Shown here piece after piece: positions 1 through 9,235 of a stretch of 18,367 nucleotides of DNA. This DNA comes from Candidatus Thorarchaeota archaeon (GTDB lineage Archaea; Asgardarchaeota; Thorarchaeia; Thorarchaeales; Thorarchaeaceae). Below the pieces are notes generated by a model. The model ran no database searches. It was not told the DNA's origin and saw nothing but the letters and a program-made list of their open reading frames with translations. Position numbers and translations under genes: made by a program. Location: positions 1-18,367 of the forward strand of contig JAOUFI010000044.1 of assembly GCA_029858305.1 (NCBI GenBank), given 5' to 3'. Positions within the stretch are counted from its first letter, which is position 1; each line of letters opens with the position of its first letter.

Positions 1-1375
1 AACTCATTCCTAGAAGTGCTTCACGATTCTTCACTCCCAGGATTTCCACAGCCGCCTTGTTTGCATCAATAAGCAATCCCTCTGAATTGAAGATGCCTAT
101 GGCAGAAGGAGAATTTTCAAAGACTCCCTGCCACCAGTCATAGAGTATTTTTTGTGATTGAGCATCATCAGTCATTTCAAGTTGATTTAGGATTTTTGAA
201 TCAGGAGTTAATTGTGCAGAACAAAGAATTGCAGTTGCTCTGCCCTCATCAATAGAGAGGACTGAGCCACGACATATGATGGATTTTTCTTTCTTTGATT
301 TCGTAAGAATCGTTAAACTGATACTTGGTCCAAGACTGCCATCTATTGGGAGCAATGAGTTCAGATATTTTTCTGCCATAGTACGACTTTCTTTTGGTAT
401 GAAAATATTAATCCAGTTTTTACCAATGATTTCATCTTCTGCATATTCAAGTACTTCGCAACCTGCTCGATTGATCATTGAAATATTGAATGAAGCATCT
501 AAAGCAAATATCATTGTGCTTGTTAACTCAAGATACTTCTGTGCCATGTCTCTCTCTTCTCTCAAAAGGTGCTCCATCGTGACACGCTCTGTTATATCCT
601 GGACAGTTCCCATCATTCTTACTGCTCTTCCTGTGTCATCAAAGGTGACCTCTCCTTCTTCATGGACGTAGCGGATTTCATTGTCAGGACGTACGATTCT
701 GTGGTCAATACTATAAGTTGCTCTGTTGTTCAACGCATCATCGACTGATTTTCTGACCAATTCTTTATCATCTGGATGAATGGAGTTCAAGAATGCTTCA
801 TAAGTTGCCAAGAATTCTTGTGGAGCAAGGCCAAAAATACGATATATCTCATCAGACCAAATCTCCTTATTTTCAATGATGTCCCAAACCCAACTACCAG
901 AGTGAGCGATACGCTGAGCTTCGGCAAGTCTTGCCTCACTCTCTCGTAGCTTCTGTTCTGATTCCTTCAGTGCTTTCTTTGTTCGACGTTTCTCAACTGC
1001 AGTGAGAATGTAATAGGATAGTTCTGCGTACAGGCCTTCTATATTTGATGAGCTCTTAAGAATGTAATAATCAGCTCCAAGATTGAGTGCTTGGATAGCA
1101 AACTCCTCCCTGCTTTTTCCAGTAAAAATGATCACTGGTATTTCATCACCCAAACTCCGCACATGTTCAAGGATATCCAATCCACTCATTGCTCTTTCAG
1201 CTAAATCAATATCACAGACAGCGGCGTCGAAACTATTTTCCTCAAGCAATTTGATTGCGTCTGCCGGAGTTTCTACTGATACGATTTCATAATCTGGACT
1301 TAGTCGATTTAGAAACCGCTCACTGAGCTCAAGATGAACGGAATCATCATCGACCATTAAAACTCGAATTGCCAT
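1..1375 (-). CDS. Response-regulator receiver (REC) plus multiple PAS/PAC domain sensor protein, 3' end outside window
   Basis: Manual minus-strand translation from ATG 1375 is open to the window edge: MAIRVLMVDDDSVHL...FDAAVCDIDL...PVIIFTGKSREEFAIQALNLGADYYILK. The REC acidic pocket, phospho-Asp, Thr and Lys are present. It continues LAEAQRIAHSGSWVWDI...IHPDDK...GTVQDITER (PAS_3/PAC), then two more PAS starts (INRAGCEVLEY, FENSPSAIGIFNSEG). SD-like AAGGTG lies upstream. Absent from the ORF track because the stop is outside the window. Confidence 0.92.
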   Translation of the reverse strand, partial: MAIRVLMVDDDSVHLELSERFLNRLSPDYEIVSVETPADAIKLLEENSFDAAVCDIDLAERAMSGLDILEHVRSLGDEIPVIIFTGKSREEFAIQALNLGADYYILKSSSNIEGLYAELSYYILTAVEKRRTKKALKESEQKLRESEARLAEAQRIAHSGSWVWDIIENKEIWSDEIYRIFGLAPQEFLATYEAFLNSIHPDDKELVRKSVDDALNNRATYSIDHRIVRPDNEIRYVHEEGEVTFDDTGRAVRMMGTVQDITERVTMEHLLREERDMAQKYLELTSTMIFALDASFNISMINRAGCEVLEYAEDEIIGKNWINIFIPKESRTMAEKYLNSLLPIDGSLGPSISLTILTKSKKEKSIICRGSVLSIDEGRATAILCSAQLTPDSKILNQLEMTDDAQSQKILYDWWQGVFENSPSAIGIFNSEGLLIDANKAAVEILGVKNREALLGMS

Positions 1376-1465
1376 TTTGGCACACACCTTTGGATGATAG
1401 GAAAACTACACCGAAGTTTCTTATTACCTTTGACGGCATGAAAAAGTAGTGGTGATTATAGCTGT

Positions 1466-1512
1466 AAAGCTTATATCGGTCCAAACCCTCTTTCGTGCAT
1501 AGTCTGGGAGGT
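1466..1512 (+). promoter_or_regulatory. Putative archaeal BRE/TATA (AAAGCTTATAT) and Shine-Dalgarno GGGAGGT for CDS 1521
   Basis: AAAGCTTATAT lies about 45-55 nt upstream of the TTG start. GGGAGGT at 1506-1512 is 8 nt before the start. Confidence 0.5.
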
Positions 1513-1520
1513 TACTATTA

Positions 1521-2918
1521 TTGGCAATCCCGTTATTTGATGGAATTCGTGTCTTCTTCAAAACACGGAGATACCTTGCGTATCTTATTGTGTTTGTAAC
1601 CACTACTTTTCTGGGCCTGTTTGTATCCTGGATGATGTATACATTTCCCGGAACCGCTATAGAGGAAGTACTCGTTTACTTCTTCACATATGTAGGTTCG
1701 GCAGGTGCGATTTACTTTGCTCTAGGTGCATTATTCACAGGCTTGGGAGCAGATCGACTCTGGATTACGAGACGAGGTCGAGGCAGGGTAACTGAAATGA
1801 AAGGACTCAGTTGGATGGTTGTTTCGTTCGCTATCGCTGTGTTCCTATCACTTCTAGTTGGCCGTACAGCTTTACTGTTCTTCGCGATTTTCGGTTGGGT
1901 TGGTTGGATCGCTTTTCAAGGATATCTTTCAACACGAACGAGTCTTAGACTTGCAACCCTTGCTGAACCAAAGAAAGGTGGGTTCTTGCTAGGTACAGGC
2001 AGTTTCATACTCCTCATAATCGGTCTAGGAATAATTGCCGCAGAAGCCTTGCTAGCTTTATACTTTGTTCCGAACGATATTCTCGGCTTAGGAGCAATGA
2101 TTAACGGTATATTTCCATCAGCTACTATCAATTTGGCAGAGCAATTCTCCTATCTCATTGTTGCATATGCTTGCATGGGATTGTTTGCGCTGGTCATGCT
2201 CCTTGCTTTTCTGAAAAATGCTGGCAAAGGAGCTGCATTGAATATCTCTCTTCTAACGATATTCATTGCAATCTATGCAGGCTACTTTCTGGTTAATATT
2301 ATGAGGAGGACTGGTGTCTTTGGGATGGGGCCAGTAGATATTGCTATGTCTCTATTCTTTTTGGCATATGCATTGAGTGGGATAGGCAGAACTGCAACTG
2401 AGGCTGCTGAGAAACCAGGTGGTCGGATCGGTGACTTCGGTCCGCTGATCACATTCTTCCTTGCAAGTGGATTCTTCTTTGTTGATAGCATAATCGCTGT
2501 CGCTTCTAATCCGCTTACAATTATAGGAACACCAGGCACTGGCTGGTTTGAAACAGGTATCCTCGCTGATCCGCGATTCCTGTTCTTATTCCGAGACGTT
2601 GCCAAGCTCATTGCTTTCCCCTTAACTGCAATATTCACTGCTATCTACTACCTTCGAGTTGAACGCACTCAACGCATTATCGAGCGTGCCAAGGAGTCCG
2701 GTGAAACCTTCGAGGAAGGCAAGGTTGATGAGGACTTAGCCAAGAAGGCACCAGAGCCGGGTAAACCATGGCCAAGTGAGAGAGCTGAGGGAATTGAGAA
2801 AGGGAAGCCTGGTCATGATTTGTCAGCTCCTGATTCTGACCGTCTTACGGTAGATAAGAGTCGCCGACTTGGTAAGGCCAAACGTTTCGGTGAAGATGAC
2901 GACGACCAAGGAAACTAA
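1521..2918 (+). CDS. Uncharacterised polytopic membrane protein (about 11-12 TM) with charged cytoplasmic C-terminal tail
   Basis: 465-aa ORF with a strong SD and repeated hydrophobic segments to about residue 378, then a low-complexity charged tail ending EDDDDQGN. No family recognised. Confidence 0.85.
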   Translation: MAIPLFDGIRVFFKTRRYLAYLIVFVTTTFLGLFVSWMMYTFPGTAIEEVLVYFFTYVGSAGAIYFALGALFTGLGADRLWITRRGRGRVTEMKGLSWMVVSFAIAVFLSLLVGRTALLFFAIFGWVGWIAFQGYLSTRTSLRLATLAEPKKGGFLLGTGSFILLIIGLGIIAAEALLALYFVPNDILGLGAMINGIFPSATINLAEQFSYLIVAYACMGLFALVMLLAFLKNAGKGAALNISLLTIFIAIYAGYFLVNIMRRTGVFGMGPVDIAMSLFFLAYALSGIGRTATEAAEKPGGRIGDFGPLITFFLASGFFFVDSIIAVASNPLTIIGTPGTGWFETGILADPRFLFLFRDVAKLIAFPLTAIFTAIYYLRVERTQRIIERAKESGETFEEGKVDEDLAKKAPEPGKPWPSERAEGIEKGKPGHDLSAPDSDRLTVDKSRRLGKAKRFGEDDDDQGN

Positions 2919-2930
2919 TAACCGTCTTTT

Positions 2931-2963
2931 GAGGGTCTTCTATGACCCTCCTGTTTCTTTTTT
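2931..2963 (+). terminator. Stem-loop plus T-tract terminator between convergent genes
   Basis: GAGGGTC-ttctat-GACCCTC (2931-2950) followed by CTGTTTCTTTTTT, 12 nt after the stop of 1521-2918. Confidence 0.65.
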
Positions 2964-2969
2964 GATTGA

Positions 2970-3116
2970 TTAAAGAATCAATGTAAATAACATTAGTATG
3001 GTGACAATTATGCTTGCTATTGCGCAGTTTACACAGGCACCTTCTTCGATCTCTCTTTTGTCACGTTTGCTCAATTTCTGTGATTCTTGAACATCGTCCT
3101 TATTGTCTTCTGTCAT
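2970..3116 (-). CDS. Small 48-aa protein: charged N-terminus, CxxC, C-terminal hydrophobic helix (tail-anchored-like)
   Basis: Manual translation MTEDNKDDVQESQKLSKRDKREIEEGACVNCAIASIIVTILMLFTLIL*. Strong SD (GAGGGGAGGAGG) 7 nt upstream and a TTTTAA box about 36 nt upstream. It fills an otherwise empty gap. Below the ORF-track size cut-off. Confidence 0.75.
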   Translation of the reverse strand: MTEDNKDDVQESQKLSKRDKREIEEGACVNCAIASIIVTILMLFTLIL

Positions 3117-3167
3117 CAAATTGCCTCCTCCCCTCTGTTTTGCGCACACAGTTAAAAACGTACGTTT

Positions 3168-3668
3168 TCATTTCTCATTGAGAATCAATTCCATTTCGAT
3201 TTCATCTCGAATTGGAATGCCGTGCTTTCCTACAAACGGTAGTTGCGGCTTTAATTTTCTCGATTCTTCAATTGCATATCTGTGTACAGCGACCATCTCG
3301 AAACCTCTTCTCTGATAGAATCGCAAAGCATCAATATTATCGTTGGTGGTTATTAGCCAGATACGCTCACATCCATTCTGTCTAGCAATCTTCTCTACTT
3401 CATTCAGGAGAGCTGTCCCAACTCCTTGATGTTTCTCTAACGCATTCATGGTAATGATTTCAAGTTCACCATTCTTAATTTTGTATGTGAGTAAGCCAAC
3501 TCGAAGGCTATCAACTTCCACAATGATTGCAGGTAGTTTATCAGCTTCGTAGGTTATTCCTCTTGTTACAATAATATTAGACACCCAGTTATCGAGTAAT
3601 AGATTCGTAATCCAATCTCTATCATCTTTGGTCGAATCGCGAACCTCAAAAGCCATGATATCCATCAC
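3168..3668 (-). CDS. GNAT family N-acetyltransferase
   Basis: Acetyl-CoA motif A (HQGVGTALL), followed by IWLITTNDNIDALRFYQRRGF. Confidence 0.92.
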   Translation of the reverse strand: MMDIMAFEVRDSTKDDRDWITNLLLDNWVSNIIVTRGITYEADKLPAIIVEVDSLRVGLLTYKIKNGELEIITMNALEKHQGVGTALLNEVEKIARQNGCERIWLITTNDNIDALRFYQRRGFEMVAVHRYAIEESRKLKPQLPFVGKHGIPIRDEIEMELILNEK

Positions 3669-3676
3669 TTCTTTAG

Positions 3677-3700
3677 TGTTGATTGTTTAATAAATCAACA
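3677..3700. promoter_or_regulatory. Inverted repeat TGTTGATT-N8-AATCAACA in the divergent GNAT intergenic region
   Basis: Perfect 8-bp arms (3677-3684 and 3693-3700) around an AT-rich GTTTAATA spacer. Confidence 0.4.
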
Positions 3701-3735
3701 AGTGGGTAAAAAATTATTCCGGCTCCAAATGATTT

Positions 3736-4284
3736 ATGACTCAAAGTATCTTATACATGGTCTGTACTCCTCAGGAGGTATCTCCAATCTATAACTATGC
3801 TGAAGTAACCATAAGGCGTGCTAATCTTGCAGAAGTTGATATCATAAAGGATATTATTTTCGAAGCCTATGAGCCTGTAAGAAAGCAGCTTTCTAGAATG
3901 CCTGCTGCTCTTCAGGAAGGTCTTGGTAAGATTTCACGACACATTCAGATGGGTGATCAGTATGTTGCTTTGGTGGGTGAACAAGTCATAGGCACAATGA
4001 GAGTACGACTTGCGGGGAGCGTTGGTGTCATCTCTAGAGTTGCAGTACGTGGAAACTTTCGTGGTAGAAGAATTGGATCGATTCTTGTGGAATATGCTGA
4101 AAATCTAATGTCTCACATGGGTGCATCGGTTATAGAAATTGAAGTATATGGTGCTGTTGAACAGCAGCTCTCATTTTATGAAAGGTTGGGTTATGTTGAA
4201 ACTGGCCGTCTGACTCGCCTAGGAGAGGAGATAGTTGTCCTGCAGAAGGAATTAGTTGAATCCCCTATGGAAGACGAGGATTAA
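3736..4284 (+). CDS. GNAT family N-acetyltransferase (start uncertain)
   Basis: ISRVAVRGNFRGRRIGSIL (motif A) and FYERLGY. The true start may be downstream (ATG 3757, or near SD GGAGGT 3774-3779). Its stop overlaps the convergent rSAM stop (TTAA). Confidence 0.9.
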   Translation: MTQSILYMVCTPQEVSPIYNYAEVTIRRANLAEVDIIKDIIFEAYEPVRKQLSRMPAALQEGLGKISRHIQMGDQYVALVGEQVIGTMRVRLAGSVGVISRVAVRGNFRGRRIGSILVEYAENLMSHMGASVIEIEVYGAVEQQLSFYERLGYVETGRLTRLGEEIVVLQKELVESPMEDED

Positions 4285-5363
4285 GGAATTATCTCACAAC
4301 CGTTGTTATACTCTGGATAACGGAACTCTTCAAGAGATATGCATCCTTTCTCAATCAAAGACCTAATTGTAGGAATCTGATCTCGAAGCACGGAGATTAG
4401 ATATTTTACAGTTGAACAGACTTTTCTGAATCCTTCCTCTCCCCAGAGTCTTTCTTTGTTGGCAAAGAGGCATCTTCCGCCACAAATCCCGTATTCATTA
4501 CATGAAGGACATGGCTCATCAACATGCATGACTTCCTTCAATTCTGATGGTTTTGTTTCTCGAATATTACCAACAATCGAAAAATCCCAATCTGGAGAGA
4601 TGGGGCACACTCCGATATTTCCATTAGCATGAATTGCGAACGTATCAATACCGGAGCCGCATCTCAACACTGATGAGTCACCAGTAAGTAGTGTGTAAAC
4701 TAATGGTTTGAAAGGAACTATTCCCTCTATTTTTCCCTCTCTCATCTTGGTGACCCAATCTGCAACCAATCTGGAAATGCCAGGATTATATGAATCCTCA
4801 ACCCATCTATCGAAATCTATCCAATTGTTCTCAGCGTCCCACACGACATTAAGTTGCCAATGCACATGGTCAAAAGTTGGATTCTTGAGATTTATCAGAT
4901 GATTAACCTCACTGTAAATGTCTGATTCCTGTGATACTGCCATTCTAGCTACAATATCACCATTATATCCGGTCCTCTTTATCCATCTGACATTCTCCAG
5001 AACTTTCTGATAGACTCCTTTTGATCTATACCCATCTGTAATGTGTTCTCTGCCATCAATTGAAACCAAAATGGAATGGAATCTACTCAAGTATTTTAGT
5101 GGGATTCTGTTTAGGAGCAAACCATTCGTCTGCAACATAAATCGTGCATTTGGAAATCTGTCCATTAAACGACGTAAGAGGGGAATTCGAAGAGTGGGTT
5201 CGCCTCCGTACAACATTAATTGCACATTGCTGTCTTTATTGAGAAATGAAGCTAGCTCATCTAGAGAATACTGTATTTCACTCTCTGGACCTACTGCCTC
5301 TCCTCCATGACAATAGGAGCAGTTCAAGTTGCATCTTCTGGTTAAAATGAGATGATAATTCAA
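4281..5363 (-). CDS. Radical SAM/SPASM domain protein, resembling the AF0577 (TIGR04084) family
   Basis: CNLNCSYC (CxxxCxxC), YGGEP, QTNG, SIDG. SPASM cysteines in RCGSG...GVCP and CPSCNEYGICGGRC (Cx2Cx5Cx3C). C-terminal CEIIP. TTG start with SD AAGGAG. Confidence 0.9.
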   Translation of the reverse strand: MNYHLILTRRCNLNCSYCHGGEAVGPESEIQYSLDELASFLNKDSNVQLMLYGGEPTLRIPLLRRLMDRFPNARFMLQTNGLLLNRIPLKYLSRFHSILVSIDGREHITDGYRSKGVYQKVLENVRWIKRTGYNGDIVARMAVSQESDIYSEVNHLINLKNPTFDHVHWQLNVVWDAENNWIDFDRWVEDSYNPGISRLVADWVTKMREGKIEGIVPFKPLVYTLLTGDSSVLRCGSGIDTFAIHANGNIGVCPISPDWDFSIVGNIRETKPSELKEVMHVDEPCPSCNEYGICGGRCLFANKERLWGEEGFRKVCSTVKYLISVLRDQIPTIRSLIEKGCISLEEFRYPEYNNGCEIIP

Positions 5364-5512
5364 ACAATACTTACTCCTTGTTTTACCAATCCACGCACAC
5401 AGGGATTATTTAATTTCATGACTTCATTTTCTTTTTTCTTACTACGACAAGTTTTGTGCTATCGACAAGCTTATGATGGCTCTGCATCGAGTCCAAAATG
5501 GAGTCTTGACCT

Positions 5513-6997
5513 TTGAAAAAACTGCCTATTCTTCTTCTAATCACAACTTTGATGCTGCTTACTCCTATCATATCAAATGTGGGCACTAGACCAATTTCAA
5601 TTAGCTTTTACGCCTTACCATCTAATGATGCTATCTTGCCTTCACAATCATATGTATGGCAGGAAATTAACGGACTCTGTGCTTGGGCTGCACTTGCGAT
5701 GGCAATGCAGTATGCAGGTGTGAATCTAAACCTGTATGATGTTCTAGCAGCTTCATCTGTTGGTTTTTCATTTGCATATTTTCATGTCAATGATACAATG
5801 CTTATGTTTCCTGGACCGTTGTATACTCAAGCTGAACCAACAAAGTTCCTCGCGGATCTCTATGGAGTGAATTATACTCTTTACATAGGTAGTGATATTC
5901 AATATCTTGAGCAAAACGTGCAGGTGTGGCAGAGCGAAGGTCTAACTGTTGGCGTCATTTATAGTCAGGATGAAGCCTTTGATCTGATGAGAAAAACGAT
6001 TGATACTGGCTATCCTTTGCTCATCAGCGTAGATCCAACATGGCTCCCGAGTTCAGACTATGATATTCTCAGAGAACAAGACCTCACAGGTGGTGGCCAT
6101 GGAGTTCTTGTCGTAGGATACAATGATACATCGGGTGTTGCTACTATAATTGATCCTGGAGTTGGATCATTTGGAGATAATTTTGGATACCCCGACGATG
6201 GACGAGGAAACTACACTGAAATCACGTACACAGCATTAAACAGTGCATGGTCAAATAGGTATTATATTTCAAACACCCTGACTCCACTTGGTAATGCACC
6301 CACTAGCATTGACAACCAACTTGGTCCTCTCATTCGTGACAAATTACTAGGTGTGGGCACAACCTACTCTCCTGTCAGCGCTAGCGCATACTATGGAAAA
6401 TTCGGTGAAGTCGGTTTCCGAACAATGAGTACTGATATGACTGCATCAGGACTCAAATCCTTTCTTAGCGTATTTGATGGAATAGAGAACGAGGTCTTCT
6501 TCAAAGCTGCTCTGATCATGTTTATTGGGCTTGGGCTCGAAGCTCAAGTCACGTTGCAGTATCTCTCATATAGAACTGCTCTTGCAAGTCTTCCTTCAAT
6601 AATGACTCTGACGGATCTCAATCAATTTACAGAGGCTGGCGAACGTGCACTTCCATTCTTTGCACAATTGGCAGATAATTCAACATTAGTCTATCCTACA
6701 AACATAACCAAAGCTACTGGATATGTTGCAACAACATTTAGGGCTATATCTGAGGCATACAACTCTACGGGAGATATTGATAGTGCATTTGCGCCATACG
6801 AGAGTACTCTGGATGACATATCCGCAGCCCTACTTGGAATAGCTGACGCCTGGCTTGATGCTGGCAACGCACTAGCTGAGATTTGGCCAAACGATTTCAT
6901 CTCGCAATATGGTGCTGTTATTGCTTTTGCAGGTGGCGGAATTGCAGTTTTATTTGTACTGTTAGTTATTTGGATCCGTAAGAAACCCTCTCAATAA
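5513..6997 (+). CDS. Exported, membrane-anchored papain-like cysteine peptidase/acyltransferase (C39-like / BtrH_N-like)
   Basis: Signal peptide MKKLPILLLIT. Catalytic-type motifs QEINGLCAWAALAMAMQYAG (Q,C), GHGVLVVGY (H) and IIDPG (D). Seven N-x-S/T sequons seen. C-terminal TM followed by RKK. Confidence 0.75.
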   Translation: MKKLPILLLITTLMLLTPIISNVGTRPISISFYALPSNDAILPSQSYVWQEINGLCAWAALAMAMQYAGVNLNLYDVLAASSVGFSFAYFHVNDTMLMFPGPLYTQAEPTKFLADLYGVNYTLYIGSDIQYLEQNVQVWQSEGLTVGVIYSQDEAFDLMRKTIDTGYPLLISVDPTWLPSSDYDILREQDLTGGGHGVLVVGYNDTSGVATIIDPGVGSFGDNFGYPDDGRGNYTEITYTALNSAWSNRYYISNTLTPLGNAPTSIDNQLGPLIRDKLLGVGTTYSPVSASAYYGKFGEVGFRTMSTDMTASGLKSFLSVFDGIENEVFFKAALIMFIGLGLEAQVTLQYLSYRTALASLPSIMTLTDLNQFTEAGERALPFFAQLADNSTLVYPTNITKATGYVATTFRAISEAYNSTGDIDSAFAPYESTLDDISAALLGIADAWLDAGNALAEIWPNDFISQYGAVIAFAGGGIAVLFVLLVIWIRKKPSQ

Positions 6998-7013
6998 AGA
7001 GAGCTCTTGATGA

Positions 7014-9119
7014 TTAAACTTCTCCGAGAAGTTTGAGCATCTGCTCAACACTATTAGTCGGTAGTTTACAATTATGATCAATACAGACATGAGCTGTGGC
7101 CATTTCATGCAAAGGGCCATGATATTTTGTATATGGTGCAAGTGTATCTAAAGATCGTGATTGAGAATCAGTTCCACGGAGTATTATGATTTTTCTTGGA
7201 AGAAACCTCTGTCTAACTGCCTCTAGCAGTGACTGAGTATCTTCGTTTTCCGGTTTGCCTGCAATCACGATTTCAAATGATGGTCCCAAGGCAAAATCAA
7301 GAGCAACCAACATCATTGAATATGCAGAATATGCCAGGTTAATGTCAGCAGAGAAGGCTCTGCCTATCGCATTGGCATAGTCTTCAAACTCACTATTGCC
7401 TAACATTCGTGCAAGTGTGACAAGACTCAGCATTGCTATGGAGTTGCCTGAAGGCATCGCGCCATCATACGCATCTTTCCTTCTTACAAGAAGTTCTTCA
7501 GAGTATGTGCCTGTAAAGTAAAAACCTCCATTCTCCTCGTCCCAGAAATTCCTTAGCAGGCTTTCTGCGAATCCTTTAGCTAGCTCCAAATATCTGGGAT
7601 TGAAGGTAGCTTGATACAGGTCAATAAGAGCCATGATGATAAACGCATAGTCATCAAGAAAAGCCCTGATTGCGACTTCACCTTGACTATATCTGTGAAA
7701 GAGTTCGCCTTTTTCATTTACTAGATTGTCAAGTAAGAATGACATTGCACGCTCAGCCGCATCGACCATTCTCGAATCATTCAATGATATACCTGCTCTA
7801 GTAAGTGCTGAAATCATGAATCCATTCCAATCGGTTAGGATTTTTTCATCTCTGTGCGGTCTGACTCGCTTTTCTCTCACATTGAAGAGAACTTTCCTTG
7901 CCCTCTCTGCTATCGCTTTCGCAAGATCAACCTCAAGCCCTAATAATTTGGCAACGTCCTCTATGCTTGTTTTGGTGTGTGGAATATTCAGTCCTGTTTC
8001 TTCTCGTGTTGCCTCTTCTATGAAATTGCCATTTTGTTCAATGTTATAGAATTTCGTGTAAAGATTACTCTCTTCCTTTGGTAGGATGGCATCAATTTCA
8101 TCCTTCGACCAAACATAGAATTTACCTTCAATGCCTTCACTATCTGCATCCTCAGCTGAGTAAAAAGCTCCTTCCGCACTAATTAAGTCGCGAGTTACAT
8201 ATTCATAGATCTCTCTCACTACTTGTGCAAAGAGTGGATTCTTTGAAATCTGGTATGCTTCTGTATATGCTATCATTAGACCTGCTTGGTCATAAAGCAT
8301 CTTCTCAAAATGAGGAACCAGCCAGTGGGCATCTGTTGAGTACCTATGAAATCCAAATCCCAAATGATCGAAGATGCCTCCATTTCGCATTTCGACAAGT
8401 GTTTTCTCCACCATACGGATTGCCCATGCATCACCTGTCCGCTTCCAGTACCGTAGTATCAAGAGAAGGTTATGTGGAGAAGGGAATTTTGGTGCGCTTC
8501 CAAAACCTCCGTTCTTCTCATCAAACCTCTGCGATAGTTCACTGAAAGCAGCTGAAATATCGTTTTCCGACAAGTCTGAGCTAGTCTTTTGCATAGAAGT
8601 TTCTTTGAGCGCATTCTCAACTCTCTGAATTACGTCATCTATGTTGTTTCGATCTTCTCTCCAAAGTTGAGCGATTCGAGGAATCAGATCCAGCATCCCT
8701 GGCACATTATAACGCGTTTTCTTTGGTATGTAAGTTCCAGCATAGAACGGTTTCTTTTCTGGAGTCATAATGATGGTTAGTGGCCAACCTCCGCGACCTG
8801 AAATCATCTGTGCGACCTGCATATACACACCGTCAATATCCGGCCGCTCTTCTCTATCCACCTTAATGTTGACAAAGGTGTTATTCATTAACTCAGCGAC
8901 TTCATTATCTTCAAACGATTCATGTGCCATAACATGGCACCAGTGACATGTGCTGTACCCAATAGAGAGAAAGATTGGTTTGTCCTCACTCTTTGCCTTC
9001 TCGAATGCTTCTTCTGACCAGGCATACCATTCAACAGGATTTGTTGCGTGCTGCAAGAGATATGGACTCTTCTCATTAGCCAATCTGTTTGCTCCTTTCA
9101 TATTGGTATCAGGTGCCAT
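7014..9119 (-). CDS. yyaL: Thioredoxin-domain/six-hairpin glycosidase-like protein (YyaL / SSP411 / DUF255 family)
   Basis: [81 protein letters not shown]. Confidence 0.95.
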   Translation of the reverse strand: MAPDTNMKGANRLANEKSPYLLQHATNPVEWYAWSEEAFEKAKSEDKPIFLSIGYSTCHWCHVMAHESFEDNEVAELMNNTFVNIKVDREERPDIDGVYMQVAQMISGRGGWPLTIIMTPEKKPFYAGTYIPKKTRYNVPGMLDLIPRIAQLWREDRNNIDDVIQRVENALKETSMQKTSSDLSENDISAAFSELSQRFDEKNGGFGSAPKFPSPHNLLLILRYWKRTGDAWAIRMVEKTLVEMRNGGIFDHLGFGFHRYSTDAHWLVPHFEKMLYDQAGLMIAYTEAYQISKNPLFAQVVREIYEYVTRDLISAEGAFYSAEDADSEGIEGKFYVWSKDEIDAILPKEESNLYTKFYNIEQNGNFIEEATREETGLNIPHTKTSIEDVAKLLGLEVDLAKAIAERARKVLFNVREKRVRPHRDEKILTDWNGFMISALTRAGISLNDSRMVDAAERAMSFLLDNLVNEKGELFHRYSQGEVAIRAFLDDYAFIIMALIDLYQATFNPRYLELAKGFAESLLRNFWDEENGGFYFTGTYSEELLVRRKDAYDGAMPSGNSIAMLSLVTLARMLGNSEFEDYANAIGRAFSADINLAYSAYSMMLVALDFALGPSFEIVIAGKPENEDTQSLLEAVRQRFLPRKIIILRGTDSQSRSLDTLAPYTKYHGPLHEMATAHVCIDHNCKLPTNSVEQMLKLLGEV

Positions 9120-9235
9120 CGGTTTCCCCTGTTCTCCACCAAGGAATCACTATTAACTATTGTTATTAAGCAGATGTCTTACGTAGATATCATGTTTTAT
9201 GAATGTTGGAGAAACTAACACATTTGGTGTGGTTC

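Noticed and set aside
276-1292. Plus-strand ORFs 276-671 and 1083-1292
   Set aside because: Antisense shadows of the REC-PAS gene with no motifs of their own.
5443-5477. Short direct repeat CGACAAG twice, 18 nt apart, upstream of the peptidase
   Set aside because: Only 7 bp in two copies, compatible with chance. The second copy overlaps the likely promoter.
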